Below, one piece after another: positions 31,689-40,849 of a stretch of 64,000 nucleotides of DNA. The DNA is taken from NCBI GenBank assembly GCA_963707985.1, contig CAVPRW010000025.1:32001-96000 (forward strand), given 5' to 3'. Made by a program: the position numbers and the translations under genes. The notes below the pieces were generated by a model. It saw nothing but the letters and a program-made list of their open reading frames with translations. It was not told the DNA's origin and ran no database searches. This DNA is from an uncultured Nitrospinota bacterium (GTDB lineage Bacteria > Tectomicrobia > Entotheonellia > J063 > CAVPRW01). Every line of letters begins with the position of its first letter. Positions within the stretch are counted from its first letter, which is position 1.

Positions 31689-33050
31689 CTACGTAAGACG
31701 CCGCAGGCAGGCGCCAAAAAAGCCATCGAGCCCCTCGGGTCCCGGCCATGTCTGCAACCATCCCCCCGGCTGTGCAAAAACTCGCGCGGCATCGGGGAGG
31801 TTTCTGACGGCTGCTTCCAGCACATAACCGGGATGACACGCTAAAAATTCTTTGACAATATGCTGATTTTCGGCTGCCTCTATCGAACAGGTAATGTACA
31901 GCAACAGTCCATCAGGTTTGACGAACTGGCTGAGATGCGCCAAGATGGCGGCTTGTTGGTGCGCCATCAGGCCGATCAACTCTGGCCCCTTGCGCCACTT
32001 GGCGTCGGGGTGGCGGCGCAACACTCCAAGGCCCGAACACGGGGCATCAACCAGGATGCGGTCAAACGTTCGCTTGAACTCGATCCTCTCGGCCTTTCCC
32101 CCTACACCCCGCAAGCACTGTAAGCCTAGGCGCCGAGCGTTCTGCGCCACGAGGTTTAACCGTTGAGGGCTCTGGTCAAGGCAGAAAATGTCACCGCGAT
32201 CCGCCATTAATTCCGCTGCATGCGTCGCCTTTCCGCCAGGAGCGGCGCAGGCGTCGAGCACCCGCTCTTCGGGCTGCGGTGCGAGGAGATATCCACACAA
32301 GATGGCCGCCTCATCCTGGACCGTAAACCAACCGTCTCGATAGCTCTGGAGCTGGTCAAGTGCGGCATGTGACCTGATGCAGACCCCGTCGGGAGCGAAG
32401 CGGCAGGGCTCTGCCTCGCAGCCGTCAGCGATCAGCGACGCCAGGAGACGCTCACGTGTCGCGCGTCGTCGGTTCACTCGCACCGTAAGGGGCGGACGCA
32501 CATTATTGGCCTGACACATGGCCACGGTCTGTTGCGGACCATAGTGCGCCAGCCAGCGCTCGACCATCCAGCGTGGATGCGACTCGGTAATGGTGAGATA
32601 GGCCAGCAAATCAGTGGAAGCCTCCGGCAGGGACATGGTGCCACGTTTGCGCTCTAAGGCGCGCAGCACCGCGTTCACATAGGCCACCACTCCCGCATGG
32701 CCGACCTGTTTGGCCAGTTGCACTGTTTCACTGACGGCAGCATACGGTGGCAGGTGATCCATCAAGCAGAGCTGGTACGCACCGAGCCGAAGCAGATTGC
32801 GAACGGCTGGGGTCAACGATTCAAGGAGATGATCGGAGCATTGCTGCAACATCCAATCGAGCCGATTCCGCCAGCGTAGAACCCCGTAGGTGAGCTCGCG
32901 TAGAAAGGCTCTCCCCTGAGGTGTGAGGCCTTGCGCAGCTGCCAGCGTAGTGATCAACTGGTCGGCAAAGTCCCCTGCGGTCTCGACACGACGGAGCACC
33001 CGGAGCGCGAGCTGCCGCACCGGCTGCCGCTGGATTGGTGAGCTCGTCAT
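31689..33050 (-). CDS. rsmB: 16S rRNA m5C967 methyltransferase RsmB/Sun
   Basis: NusB-like N-terminus, VQDEA, LDACAAPGGK, LVDAPCSGLG, TCS. Confidence 0.95.
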   Translation of the reverse strand: MTSSPIQRQPVRQLALRVLRRVETAGDFADQLITTLAAAQGLTPQGRAFLRELTYGVLRWRNRLDWMLQQCSDHLLESLTPAVRNLLRLGAYQLCLMDHLPPYAAVSETVQLAKQVGHAGVVAYVNAVLRALERKRGTMSLPEASTDLLAYLTITESHPRWMVERWLAHYGPQQTVAMCQANNVRPPLTVRVNRRRATRERLLASLIADGCEAEPCRFAPDGVCIRSHAALDQLQSYRDGWFTVQDEAAILCGYLLAPQPEERVLDACAAPGGKATHAAELMADRGDIFCLDQSPQRLNLVAQNARRLGLQCLRGVGGKAERIEFKRTFDRILVDAPCSGLGVLRRHPDAKWRKGPELIGLMAHQQAAILAHLSQFVKPDGLLLYITCSIEAAENQHIVKEFLACHPGYVLEAAVRNLPDAARVFAQPGGWLQTWPGPEGLDGFFGACLRRLT

Positions 33051-33979
33051 GTGCCGAGCACATCTTCAGGGCGCAACGCATGGCCGCGCGCATAGGCCGC
33101 CGCGGCCATGCGGCGACCGCTTGCCGGTTGCACTTCAAGCAAGGTTAGACATCCATCCCCAGTCTCAACTCGGATGCCAAGGGCATCGATGCTGGCGACT
33201 TGTCCCGGCCTCCCCGAGCCCGACATTGGCATCGACATCGCACGCCAAATACGCAAGGGCTTGCCACGATGCGTGGTCACCGCTCCTGGCCAGGGAGTGA
33301 CGCCGCGGATGAGATGGGCCAGGGCATCGGCACTGTGACTCCAGATGATGGTACCATCCTCCTTTCGCAGCTTTGGCGCATACGTGGCTAGGACATGGTC
33401 TTGCGGCATCGGCCTCAAAGCCCCAGTCTCCATACCATCCAGGGCGGACAACAGCGCCTCAGCACCGCATGTCGCCAGACGCACCTCCAACGTGCCGGCA
33501 TTATCGGATGGTTCGATGGCTACCTCGGACTGCAGCAGGATTGGGCCCGTGTCCAACGTTTCATCGATCAACATGATGGTCACACCGGTCACACGCTCAC
33601 CCCGGATAAGCGCCCAGTTAATTGGCGCCGCCCCGCGATATTGGGGCAGCAGTGAGGCGTGGACGTTGACACATCCGAGCGGGGGAATGGCCAGAAGAGT
33701 GGGGCGTAATAACTGCCCATAAGCCGCCACCACAATGACCTGTGGAGCCAGAGATTTGAGCTCGGCAAGGAATGGTGGAGCACTCGCCCGTCGCGGTTGT
33801 AAAACGTGCAATCGCTGTCCCGTTGCCACTTGTTTAATCGGGGATGCATCGATCCGCTGCCCACGCCCTCGCGGACGATCGGGTTGGGTCACCACGGCGA
33901 CAACGTCATGGCGGGAAGTTAAGAGCCCCTCCAACGTCGGCACGGCAAACGCCGAGGTCCCCATGAACACGATATTCAC
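33047..33979 (-). CDS. fmt: Methionyl-tRNA formyltransferase
   Basis: IVFMGT, VTQPDRPRGRG, NVHASLLPQYRGAAP. Confidence 0.97.
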   Translation of the reverse strand: MNIVFMGTSAFAVPTLEGLLTSRHDVVAVVTQPDRPRGRGQRIDASPIKQVATGQRLHVLQPRRASAPPFLAELKSLAPQVIVVAAYGQLLRPTLLAIPPLGCVNVHASLLPQYRGAAPINWALIRGERVTGVTIMLIDETLDTGPILLQSEVAIEPSDNAGTLEVRLATCGAEALLSALDGMETGALRPMPQDHVLATYAPKLRKEDGTIIWSHSADALAHLIRGVTPWPGAVTTHRGKPLRIWRAMSMPMSGSGRPGQVASIDALGIRVETGDGCLTLLEVQPASGRRMAAAAYARGHALRPEDVLGT

Positions 33980-33985
33980 GACGAC

Positions 33986-34501
33986 TTATCCTCTGGCGGC
34001 ATCGCGTTGGTACCGCTTCCATTCGTTCTTGAGAACCTCACGCTGAATTTTGCTCATGCGGTCCCAAATGAGGATGCCATCAAGATGGTCCATTTCATGC
34101 TGAAAGGCCCTGGCCAGATAGCCACGGCCCTTGAGGCTGACCTCTTGCTGATCCAAGTCCCAACCACGTATCTCCACCGACTCAGCGCGCGGGATCTCGG
34201 CTCGAATGTTGGGGATGCTCAGACAGCCTTCTTCTTCGATCACGCGTCCGCTCGCTGAGACGATCTTGGGATTGACGAGGACGATCAGCGCGTCTGGTTT
34301 TTCGCCCACGGTGATGTCGGTGACCATCAGTCGCAGCGATACCCCGATCTGGGGCGCGGCCAGGCCAACACCGGGCTCTGCATACATGGTGTCGACCATG
34401 TCGTCGACTAGTCGCCGCAGGTCGTCATCGATCATTTTGACCGGAGCCGCCTTTTTCCGCAGCACCGGATCCGGATACATCCGAATCTCTTGAATCGCCA
34501 T
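33986..34501 (-). CDS. def: Peptide deformylase
   Basis: GVGLAAPQIG, EGCLS, QHEMDH. Confidence 0.98.
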   Translation of the reverse strand: MAIQEIRMYPDPVLRKKAAPVKMIDDDLRRLVDDMVDTMYAEPGVGLAAPQIGVSLRLMVTDITVGEKPDALIVLVNPKIVSASGRVIEEEGCLSIPNIRAEIPRAESVEIRGWDLDQQEVSLKGRGYLARAFQHEMDHLDGILIWDRMSKIQREVLKNEWKRYQRDAARG

Positions 34502-34745
34502 CGTCCACTCCCTGGTTGCCGGAATCTATCGAGTGCAGAATTGCGCTATTCTGCACGACAGCGGTGGTATGCGTATACAGCCTGGCAGCAACTGCCAACC
34601 CATCGTTCGAACGCTCCCCAGTGTAGCGAAGCCGATTGCCAATTGCAATGTTCATCCCAAGATGCACAAGCCCTCGCATCACGATAGGTGATCGTGCTCC
34701 TGAACCTATCAGATACGGCAAATGTCGTATAGCCCCTCGTGGGTA

Positions 34746-35492
34746 CTACAGGCCGAGGAAAAGACGTTCGCTGAGCGTCAGGGGGAAGCCAAGGCGGGCG
34801 ATTTTCTCGCTGGCGGTATCCACGTCGTACTCAGCTCGTCGCAGCTCGAACGACCGTGCCTCGGTGTCGAAAATCCCATAGGAGGCTCGCCAGTCGCCGT
34901 CGCGTGGCTGGCCAACGCTGCCCACATTAAACACATAGCGCTGGTCTGGCACTATCTGGATAGTGGTCTGCGTGTCTTCCCAGATATGCAGCACTGGCTG
35001 CTCACGACAAATAAAGACGGTGCCCCGATGGGTATGGCCCACGAAAATCAGGGACTGAGAGGGGCAATCATGCTCAATAATCGTTGCCACATCAGCTTCA
35101 TCCAGTATATAAGGGAATTCCTCTTGCTGGTATGGTGATCCATGGCAGAGCAGCATGTCGTCCAGCTCGATGCGGTATGGCAACTGTGCTAGCCAACGCA
35201 TGTGTGCGGTGTCAAGCATCTGTTGATGCCCCTCTACGGCCACGCGTGCGGCAGCGTTAAACCACTCCGCGCTCAGGCGGCCAGTGCAAGCGGCATCGTG
35301 ATTTCCTAGAACGACTAGGTCCGCAAGGTCGCGAATGATCTGACAGCACTCATTCGGGTTGGCACCATACCCAACAGTGTCCCCTAAACAGATGTAGCGA
35401 TCGATTTGAGCCTGCCGGAATGCAATGAGTACCGCCTGCAATGCCTCAAGGTTTGCATGTACATCCGAAAAAATTCCAATGCGCATGATCAA
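34746..35492 (-). CDS. Calcineurin-like metallophosphoesterase
   Basis: SDVHAN, LGDTVGYG, GNHD, HGSP, GHTH, NVGSVGQPRDG. Confidence 0.92.
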   Translation of the reverse strand: MIMRIGIFSDVHANLEALQAVLIAFRQAQIDRYICLGDTVGYGANPNECCQIIRDLADLVVLGNHDAACTGRLSAEWFNAAARVAVEGHQQMLDTAHMRWLAQLPYRIELDDMLLCHGSPYQQEEFPYILDEADVATIIEHDCPSQSLIFVGHTHRGTVFICREQPVLHIWEDTQTTIQIVPDQRYVFNVGSVGQPRDGDWRASYGIFDTEARSFELRRAEYDVDTASEKIARLGFPLTLSERLFLGL

Positions 35493-35782
35493 AACCTCAT
35501 AGTTTTCTGACTTGTCTAAGGGTATATTTTTTGAGTTTATAAATTATGCTAATAAATGATGAATACAGAAATAACGTTAAAAACAATACATGCTTAGGAT
35601 CTTACTAGACAACCTCATGCTAGTACATAGATGACAATATGTAAAATTTCAACCCAAAAGGCACTTTACAGACATGGACGAACCTAGAAAATTGCTAGAA
35701 CCGTATATGGATATAGTGTTCTAACGGACACTGATCGACAAATCATCGCGCATACGCGACCAGATGAGAAGAGGTCCGATCA

Positions 35783-35974
35783 TCACTCCAACTTTTCCCC
35801 GTCTCCCCGACGAGTATTGCGGAAATGGTCCTGAAATTGCTGTACTAGTGCGTCGATCTCGCGCCTAGCTGAGCGGCCATGCCGTTGCAGGACGAATCGG
35901 TACAGCACCACACTGAAGATCACACCAGCGAGAAACCCGATCATCAGCCCATCAGTGAACATCTGATAGGACAT
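35783..35974 (-). CDS. Small single-pass membrane protein
   Basis: Strong RBS (GGAGGGAGGG), one TM helix and a basic tail. Confidence 0.6.
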   Translation of the reverse strand: MSYQMFTDGLMIGFLAGVIFSVVLYRFVLQRHGRSARREIDALVQQFQDHFRNTRRGDGEKLE

Positions 35975-36087
35975 ACCCTCCCCTCCCTACCGGAATGCTC
36001 GTGGGTCAGCGAAAATCGTTAGCAGTCGTCAGGATATGCAAAGTATATCCGAATATTCTCGCCAGCGTCAAGCAACGCCGCTCAGGA

Positions 36088-36153
36088 CAGGGCTTAGCAT
36101 GTATCCGCTGATGACCAAATCAGGGCTTAGCATGTATCCGCTGATGACCAAAT
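36088..36153. repeat. Perfect 33-bp tandem duplication
   Basis: cagggcttagcatgtatccgctgatgaccaaat occurs at 36088-36120 and 36121-36153. Confidence 0.95.
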
Positions 36154-36170
36154 GAGGACTGGATTTTGAG

Positions 36171-36199
36171 TTGCATTCAGGTGGGGGGCGTGGCATAAT
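36171..36199 (+). promoter_or_regulatory. Sigma70-type promoter of the D-Ala-D-Ala carboxypeptidase gene
   Basis: TTGCAT-17 bp-CATAAT. Confidence 0.6.
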
Positions 36200-36289
36200 C
36201 ACGCGCGTTCAACATAACTGGTCGAGCTCGCGATTGCTTCGCGGACAGTGGCGCTAAAAATCTCAACCGTGTCCTAGCTCTGAGGCTCT

Positions 36290-37483
36290 ATGGCACCAAT
36301 TGGGCTGCTGCTTCCGGTCCTGCTATTGCTGTTCTGGAACATTTGCACTCTTCCCTCCTTCGCCTCAGCTGAACCGAATCCATCTGCCGCGGCGGCTCTA
36401 CTCATGGACGCCCCCACGGGCGATATTTTGTATGCCAAGAATGCCGACATGCCACTCCCCATGGCCAGTACCACAAAGGTCATGACCGGTTTGCTAGGAG
36501 TGGAACGCTTACGCCCGCACGAGCCCATCCAGGTCAGTGCGTACGCCGCTTCCATGAGCGCATCGAAACTGTATTTGCGGCCAGGAGAGTTGATGCGTGC
36601 CGATGACCTTCTCCAGGCCATCCTGCTTAAATCCGCCAACGATGCCAGTGCGGCGCTGGCCGAGAAAATCAGCGGTTCGGAAACAGCATTTGCAAGGCTC
36701 ATGACTCAGAGAGCTCGTGAACTGGGGGCACAGAATACCCACTTTGAGAATGCCTCCGGCCTGCCCGCCGATGACCATTATTCGACCGCCTTTGACTTGG
36801 CTGTGATCCTGCGCTATGCCATGCAGCGCCCCGACTTCGCCGAAATCATGCAAATGAAGACTGCGAGCGTCGAGAGTATGGCGGGCCGTGCCTGGACGGT
36901 CCGCAATCACAACCGTCTGTTGTGGACCTTTCCTGGGGCGCTCGGGGGAAAGACAGGATGGACTCGAGCGGCGAGACACTGCTACGTCGGTATGGTAGAG
37001 CATAGCGGCAAAACACTCATCGTCTCTGTCCTTGCCAGCTCACGCTTGTGGCACGACGTCAACGAACTCCTGCTGTATGGGTTTTCGACTACGGGTTCTG
37101 GAGAACCGCACTTCGTCTCCCTCAGTCAGGCGGCGACGCTTCCCCTTCCACTTCCCGCTCCACCACCTGAACGGAAATCACCCGAACGGAAGCTCCCCGA
37201 CCCTAAGCCACGTGAACCAAAGACTGTGGAGCGCAGAGGCGGGAATAGTGCGTCATACACCGTTCAGGTTGGGGCCTTCCGCGAAAAACGCCTGGCGGAG
37301 ACGCTGCAACAGCGCTTACACCAACGCGGCTACTCCGCTCATGTGATGACCTCAGGAACACGAACCGCCAAGTTCTATAAGGTGCGACTGGGAGGATTCA
37401 ACACACAGGGGGAGGCGAAGCGCTTTGTCGGCCAGCTCAAAAGTCAAATGGGGCTCGACGCCGTGGTTGCTGCCTCGGATTAG
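36290..37483 (+). CDS. D-alanyl-D-alanine carboxypeptidase (S11) with C-terminal SPOR domain
   Basis: Signal peptide, ASTTK (SxxK), SAN (SxN), KTG, Pro-rich linker, then YTVQVGAF..YKVRLGGF. Confidence 0.92.
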   Translation: MAPIGLLLPVLLLLFWNICTLPSFASAEPNPSAAAALLMDAPTGDILYAKNADMPLPMASTTKVMTGLLGVERLRPHEPIQVSAYAASMSASKLYLRPGELMRADDLLQAILLKSANDASAALAEKISGSETAFARLMTQRARELGAQNTHFENASGLPADDHYSTAFDLAVILRYAMQRPDFAEIMQMKTASVESMAGRAWTVRNHNRLLWTFPGALGGKTGWTRAARHCYVGMVEHSGKTLIVSVLASSRLWHDVNELLLYGFSTTGSGEPHFVSLSQAATLPLPLPAPPPERKSPERKLPDPKPREPKTVERRGGNSASYTVQVGAFREKRLAETLQQRLHQRGYSAHVMTSGTRTAKFYKVRLGGFNTQGEAKRFVGQLKSQMGLDAVVAASD

Positions 37484-37500
37484 AGGCTGGGGAGAAGCCG

Positions 37501-38283
37501 TTGACGACCTATGATACTCTCCTGGTTGAGCAGCGGCAGCAGGTGGTCACTGTGACGCTCAACCGTCCAACCGCTCTCAACGCCCTGAACACTACCCTCC
37601 GCCGCGATCTAAAGCAATGTTTTACGGACTTGCAAGCCGATCCTGAGGTGCGAGTAGTAGTCATCACCGGTGCCGGCCGCGCCTTCTGCGCAGGAGCCGA
37701 TATCAAAGAGTGGCGCGAGCCGACCTCGGTCGTAGAGGATCGAGAGGATCGGGTGCGGCTCAATTTTTGGCAGGTGATGAGCCGCTGTGAGTTCCCGATT
37801 ATTGCGGCGATCAACGGCTACGCGTTAGGTGGAGGCTGCGAGTTGGCGATGTGCTGCGATATGCGCATCGCCTCGGATCAAGCGCAACTAGGGCTGACTG
37901 AGGTGACGCTGGGGATTATCCCAGGCGGTGGGGGCACGCAACGATTGCCGCGGCTAGTTGGCCAAGGGAAGGCGCTGGAATTGATCCTCACCGGCAGACG
38001 CATCGAGGCACCCGAAGCCCTACGATTGGGCCTTGTTGAGGAAGTAGTTCCACATGATCAACTCATGCCAGCGGTCGAGGCTCTCGCTCAAACGATCGTC
38101 TCACGCGCCCCTTTGGCGGTTAAATATGCCAAAGAGGCTATCGTCCGAGGTCGGGAACTTCCGCTCACCGAAGGCTTGAAAGTCGAGGCGGAACTTTATA
38201 CCCTCCTGCGGACGACCGAAGATCGGATGGAAGGAGCTAGGGCCTTTCAGGAAAAGCGCCCACCGCAGTTCAAGGGCCGCTAG
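37501..38283 (+). CDS. Enoyl-CoA hydratase/isomerase family protein
   Basis: AFCAGADIKE, INGYALGGGCELA, GIIPGGGGTQRL. Confidence 0.93.
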   Translation: MTTYDTLLVEQRQQVVTVTLNRPTALNALNTTLRRDLKQCFTDLQADPEVRVVVITGAGRAFCAGADIKEWREPTSVVEDREDRVRLNFWQVMSRCEFPIIAAINGYALGGGCELAMCCDMRIASDQAQLGLTEVTLGIIPGGGGTQRLPRLVGQGKALELILTGRRIEAPEALRLGLVEEVVPHDQLMPAVEALAQTIVSRAPLAVKYAKEAIVRGRELPLTEGLKVEAELYTLLRTTEDRMEGARAFQEKRPPQFKGR

Positions 38284-38314
38284 CCCATTTCCTCCTGGGA
38301 CAGAGGAGAACGCC

Positions 38315-39313
38315 ATGGACCAGATGCCCAAACCCGAGCGCGTAAGAGCCGCCTTGGCCGGAAAACCGGTCGATCGTCCGCCGGTCAGTTTTTGGCGTCA
38401 TTTTTTCGACAAGGAAACCAGTGCCACCGGCCTGGCAGAGGCGATGCTTGATTTTCAACGCACCTATGATTGGGATTTCATGAAGGTTAACCCACGCGCC
38501 TGCTACCATGTGGAACCCTGGGGTTGCCGATTCCGGTATAGCGGGCAGGCCCACATCGAGCCTAAGCTCATCGAAGTGGCCATTAAAACCCCGGACGACT
38601 GGCGCCGAATCAAGCCCCTCGCACCCACAATCGGTGCTTTCGGTGAGCAGCTACAAGCCTTGCGTCTCATTAAGGAGGGGCTCGGTGGTGAGGTGCCGTT
38701 TGTCGAGACGATATTCACGCCTTTGTCGGTCGCCGGGCGGTTAATCGGTTCGGATGAGGTAATGCACGAGCATCTGAGACAGTATCCCGAGCGTGTACAT
38801 GACGCCCTCGAAGCCATCACCCAAACCTTTGAGGGCTTTGCCCGAGCCTGCTTGAAGGTCGGGGTCGATGGGTTATTCTATGCTACGACCGGCTGGGCTA
38901 CGTACGATCGGCTGACCGACGCGGAATATGAAGAGTTCGGGCGGCCCTACGATGTGCGCGTACTCAAGGCGGTGGAAGCTGCCCCGTTCAATATCCTGCA
39001 TGTGTGCCGTGGCCATAACATGTTGTGGAAGCTCATGGATTATCCCGCACACGCGGTGAATTGGGCCACGGCGGATGCCACCAATCCACAGATCGGCGAG
39101 ATATGGCAGCACAGCCACCGACCTGTCATCGGTGGGGTGGATCACGTCGATACCTTGCATCATGGCACACCTGAGGCTGTTGTAGCACAGGTCCGCAGCG
39201 CTGTCGAACAGACCCGTGAAGGACTCCTCATCGGCCCCGGATGCTCAATCTCTCCTCAAACCCCAGCCGCAAATCTGCGGGCGGCTCGCGCCACAGTCGA
39301 CTCATTGGCTTGA
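38315..39313 (+). CDS. Uroporphyrinogen decarboxylase-like (URO-D/MtbA superfamily) protein
   Basis: ERVRAALAGKPVDRPPVSFWRH, ILHVC, LIGPGCS. Confidence 0.8.
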   Translation: MDQMPKPERVRAALAGKPVDRPPVSFWRHFFDKETSATGLAEAMLDFQRTYDWDFMKVNPRACYHVEPWGCRFRYSGQAHIEPKLIEVAIKTPDDWRRIKPLAPTIGAFGEQLQALRLIKEGLGGEVPFVETIFTPLSVAGRLIGSDEVMHEHLRQYPERVHDALEAITQTFEGFARACLKVGVDGLFYATTGWATYDRLTDAEYEEFGRPYDVRVLKAVEAAPFNILHVCRGHNMLWKLMDYPAHAVNWATADATNPQIGEIWQHSHRPVIGGVDHVDTLHHGTPEAVVAQVRSAVEQTREGLLIGPGCSISPQTPAANLRAARATVDSLA

Positions 39314-39394
39314 GCCGTTGACGGCCAGCCAGGCTGAGACAGCGGCGCGGATGCCAGTTTGTTCCCGAGCCGCCGCCGGTTGAGGAGAAGCCTT

Positions 39395-39964
39395 CTAGCG
39401 CCGCCCCCTAGTCAACGTCTCGCGCAGGGCACGCGCGGCTGCTTTGACGGGTAGCGCTTTGGTGCTGAGCGGTTTTCCACTTGACCCTGCCTGTATGGTG
39501 ACAAATACTGGCCCGTCAAGCTTGAGGATGTTCGGTAGCTCTTTGTCGAAGGCCGAGAGCTCAGCAAATTCGAAGGTGTGTGGAAATCCAGCCCCCTTGG
39601 CCATCGCGGCAAAATTGGTGCATCCGCGTCCAGGAATGGGTTGTCCTCCTGTCACCTCATAGATTTCGTTCTCGAACACGAAAAGGATGAGATTGCGCGG
39701 TGCTGTGTTGGCGATGCTGACGAGCACGCCCAGATTCATCAACATGCTGCCATCGCCGTTAAGGATCAATACTTTCCGATCCGGGCATGCAACCGCTAAC
39801 CCAAGCCCCATATCGGGCAGGTGCCCCATCCCGGTGCCAAGAGCGTTGAAATCGTAGTCACTTTGTGAGTAGGCTGGCCATTCTTGGGCCACGCTCATAG
39901 TGGTTATGACGAGCTCATCCGTGCGGTGTTTAGCCAGCGTTTGCAACACCTCATCCCGTCGCAT
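39395..39964 (-). CDS. ThDP-dependent decarboxylase beta subunit (sulfopyruvate/phosphonopyruvate decarboxylase, ComE-like)
   Basis: GMGH..GLGLA, NGDGSMLMN..FENEIYEVTGGQP (GDG..N ThDP motif). Confidence 0.8.
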   Translation of the reverse strand: MRRDEVLQTLAKHRTDELVITTMSVAQEWPAYSQSDYDFNALGTGMGHLPDMGLGLAVACPDRKVLILNGDGSMLMNLGVLVSIANTAPRNLILFVFENEIYEVTGGQPIPGRGCTNFAAMAKGAGFPHTFEFAELSAFDKELPNILKLDGPVFVTIQAGSSGKPLSTKALPVKAAARALRETLTRGRR

Positions 39965-40002
39965 GATCCTTGCCCTTTCTTGTGGATGATCCCTAGCTTG
40001 TT

Positions 40003-40500
40003 CTACTCGTTGTACTCCACGCAGATGAGCGCTGCCACCGGACGTGAAATCTCCTGTGCTTGCTTAAATGCCTCGGCGATCTTGGGCGTGTCGGCATCGG
40101 TTACGATGTGGTGGAAGGGAATGCCCCAGGTGTTGAGAATCGGTTCGGTATAGACTGCCGCGCTGTCGAAGGGTTGCTTGCCAGCCTTCATTTCCATATA
40201 ACCACGATACCCGATCATCAGCAGCAGAGGCAATTCAAGTCCCAGCGCTGTGCCGCGGAGCACGTCCCCCGATTCAAACAAACCGGTGTTCTGAATCAAA
40301 ATGACTGGAGTTTTACCGCCCATCCATAGGCCTGATGCCACCGCAAAGGCTTCTCCTTCACGACATACGGGAATAAACCCTAGGTCCTTCTCCGCCTGCA
40401 TCGCATCATACATGAACTTGGATTCGCTATCCGGCAACCAGACGACGTGCGTAATACCGCACTTCTTCAATTGCTCGATAATGGTTTTAGGTTGTAACAC
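40003..40500 (-). CDS. ThDP-dependent decarboxylase alpha subunit (ComD-like)
   Basis: LPDS, VCREGEAFAVASG, IQNTG, IGYRG. GTG at 40500 follows GAGGAG. Confidence 0.8.
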   Translation of the reverse strand: MLQPKTIIEQLKKCGITHVVWLPDSESKFMYDAMQAEKDLGFIPVCREGEAFAVASGLWMGGKTPVILIQNTGLFESGDVLRGTALGLELPLLLMIGYRGYMEMKAGKQPFDSAAVYTEPILNTWGIPFHHIVTDADTPKIAEAFKQAQEISRPVAALICVEYNE

Positions 40501-40849
40501 AATCGTCTCTCCTCGTTCGCGACACCGTGCTCGCGAATACACCAATATGGCAATTGGTCCCCTGCTAAGAGGGGAGGTCCATTACTGCTTTCGGCCGTTG
40601 CACCAAAGCCGCCCCAGTATGAACGGCCATCCAAATGATGTCAAGGAGCGATCCCCAGCGGTTTGCTGACATCCCATTGCGACAAGGTTCACCCAGGCAT
40701 GATGGCGCTCAATGTCTTGCAATCAACGGACTGATCCGCTAAGGTAGGGCGGATAGCACGATGCGGCAACACCAGGGACGATTGCCTATGGTGGTGTTGG
40801 TCCTGGGGAATGAGATCGGCGCGTCTGCCTCGGGCGGGACGCGGAGCAA

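Noticed and set aside
35495..35740. Replication origin
   Set aside because: The region is AT-rich, but no TTATCCACA-like boxes are seen and no dnaA/gidA context is present.
36088..36153. CRISPR array or hammerhead ribozyme (CTGATGA core) in the tandem repeat
   Set aside because: There are only two abutting copies with no spacer and no cas genes, and no GAAA partner or stems for a hammerhead.
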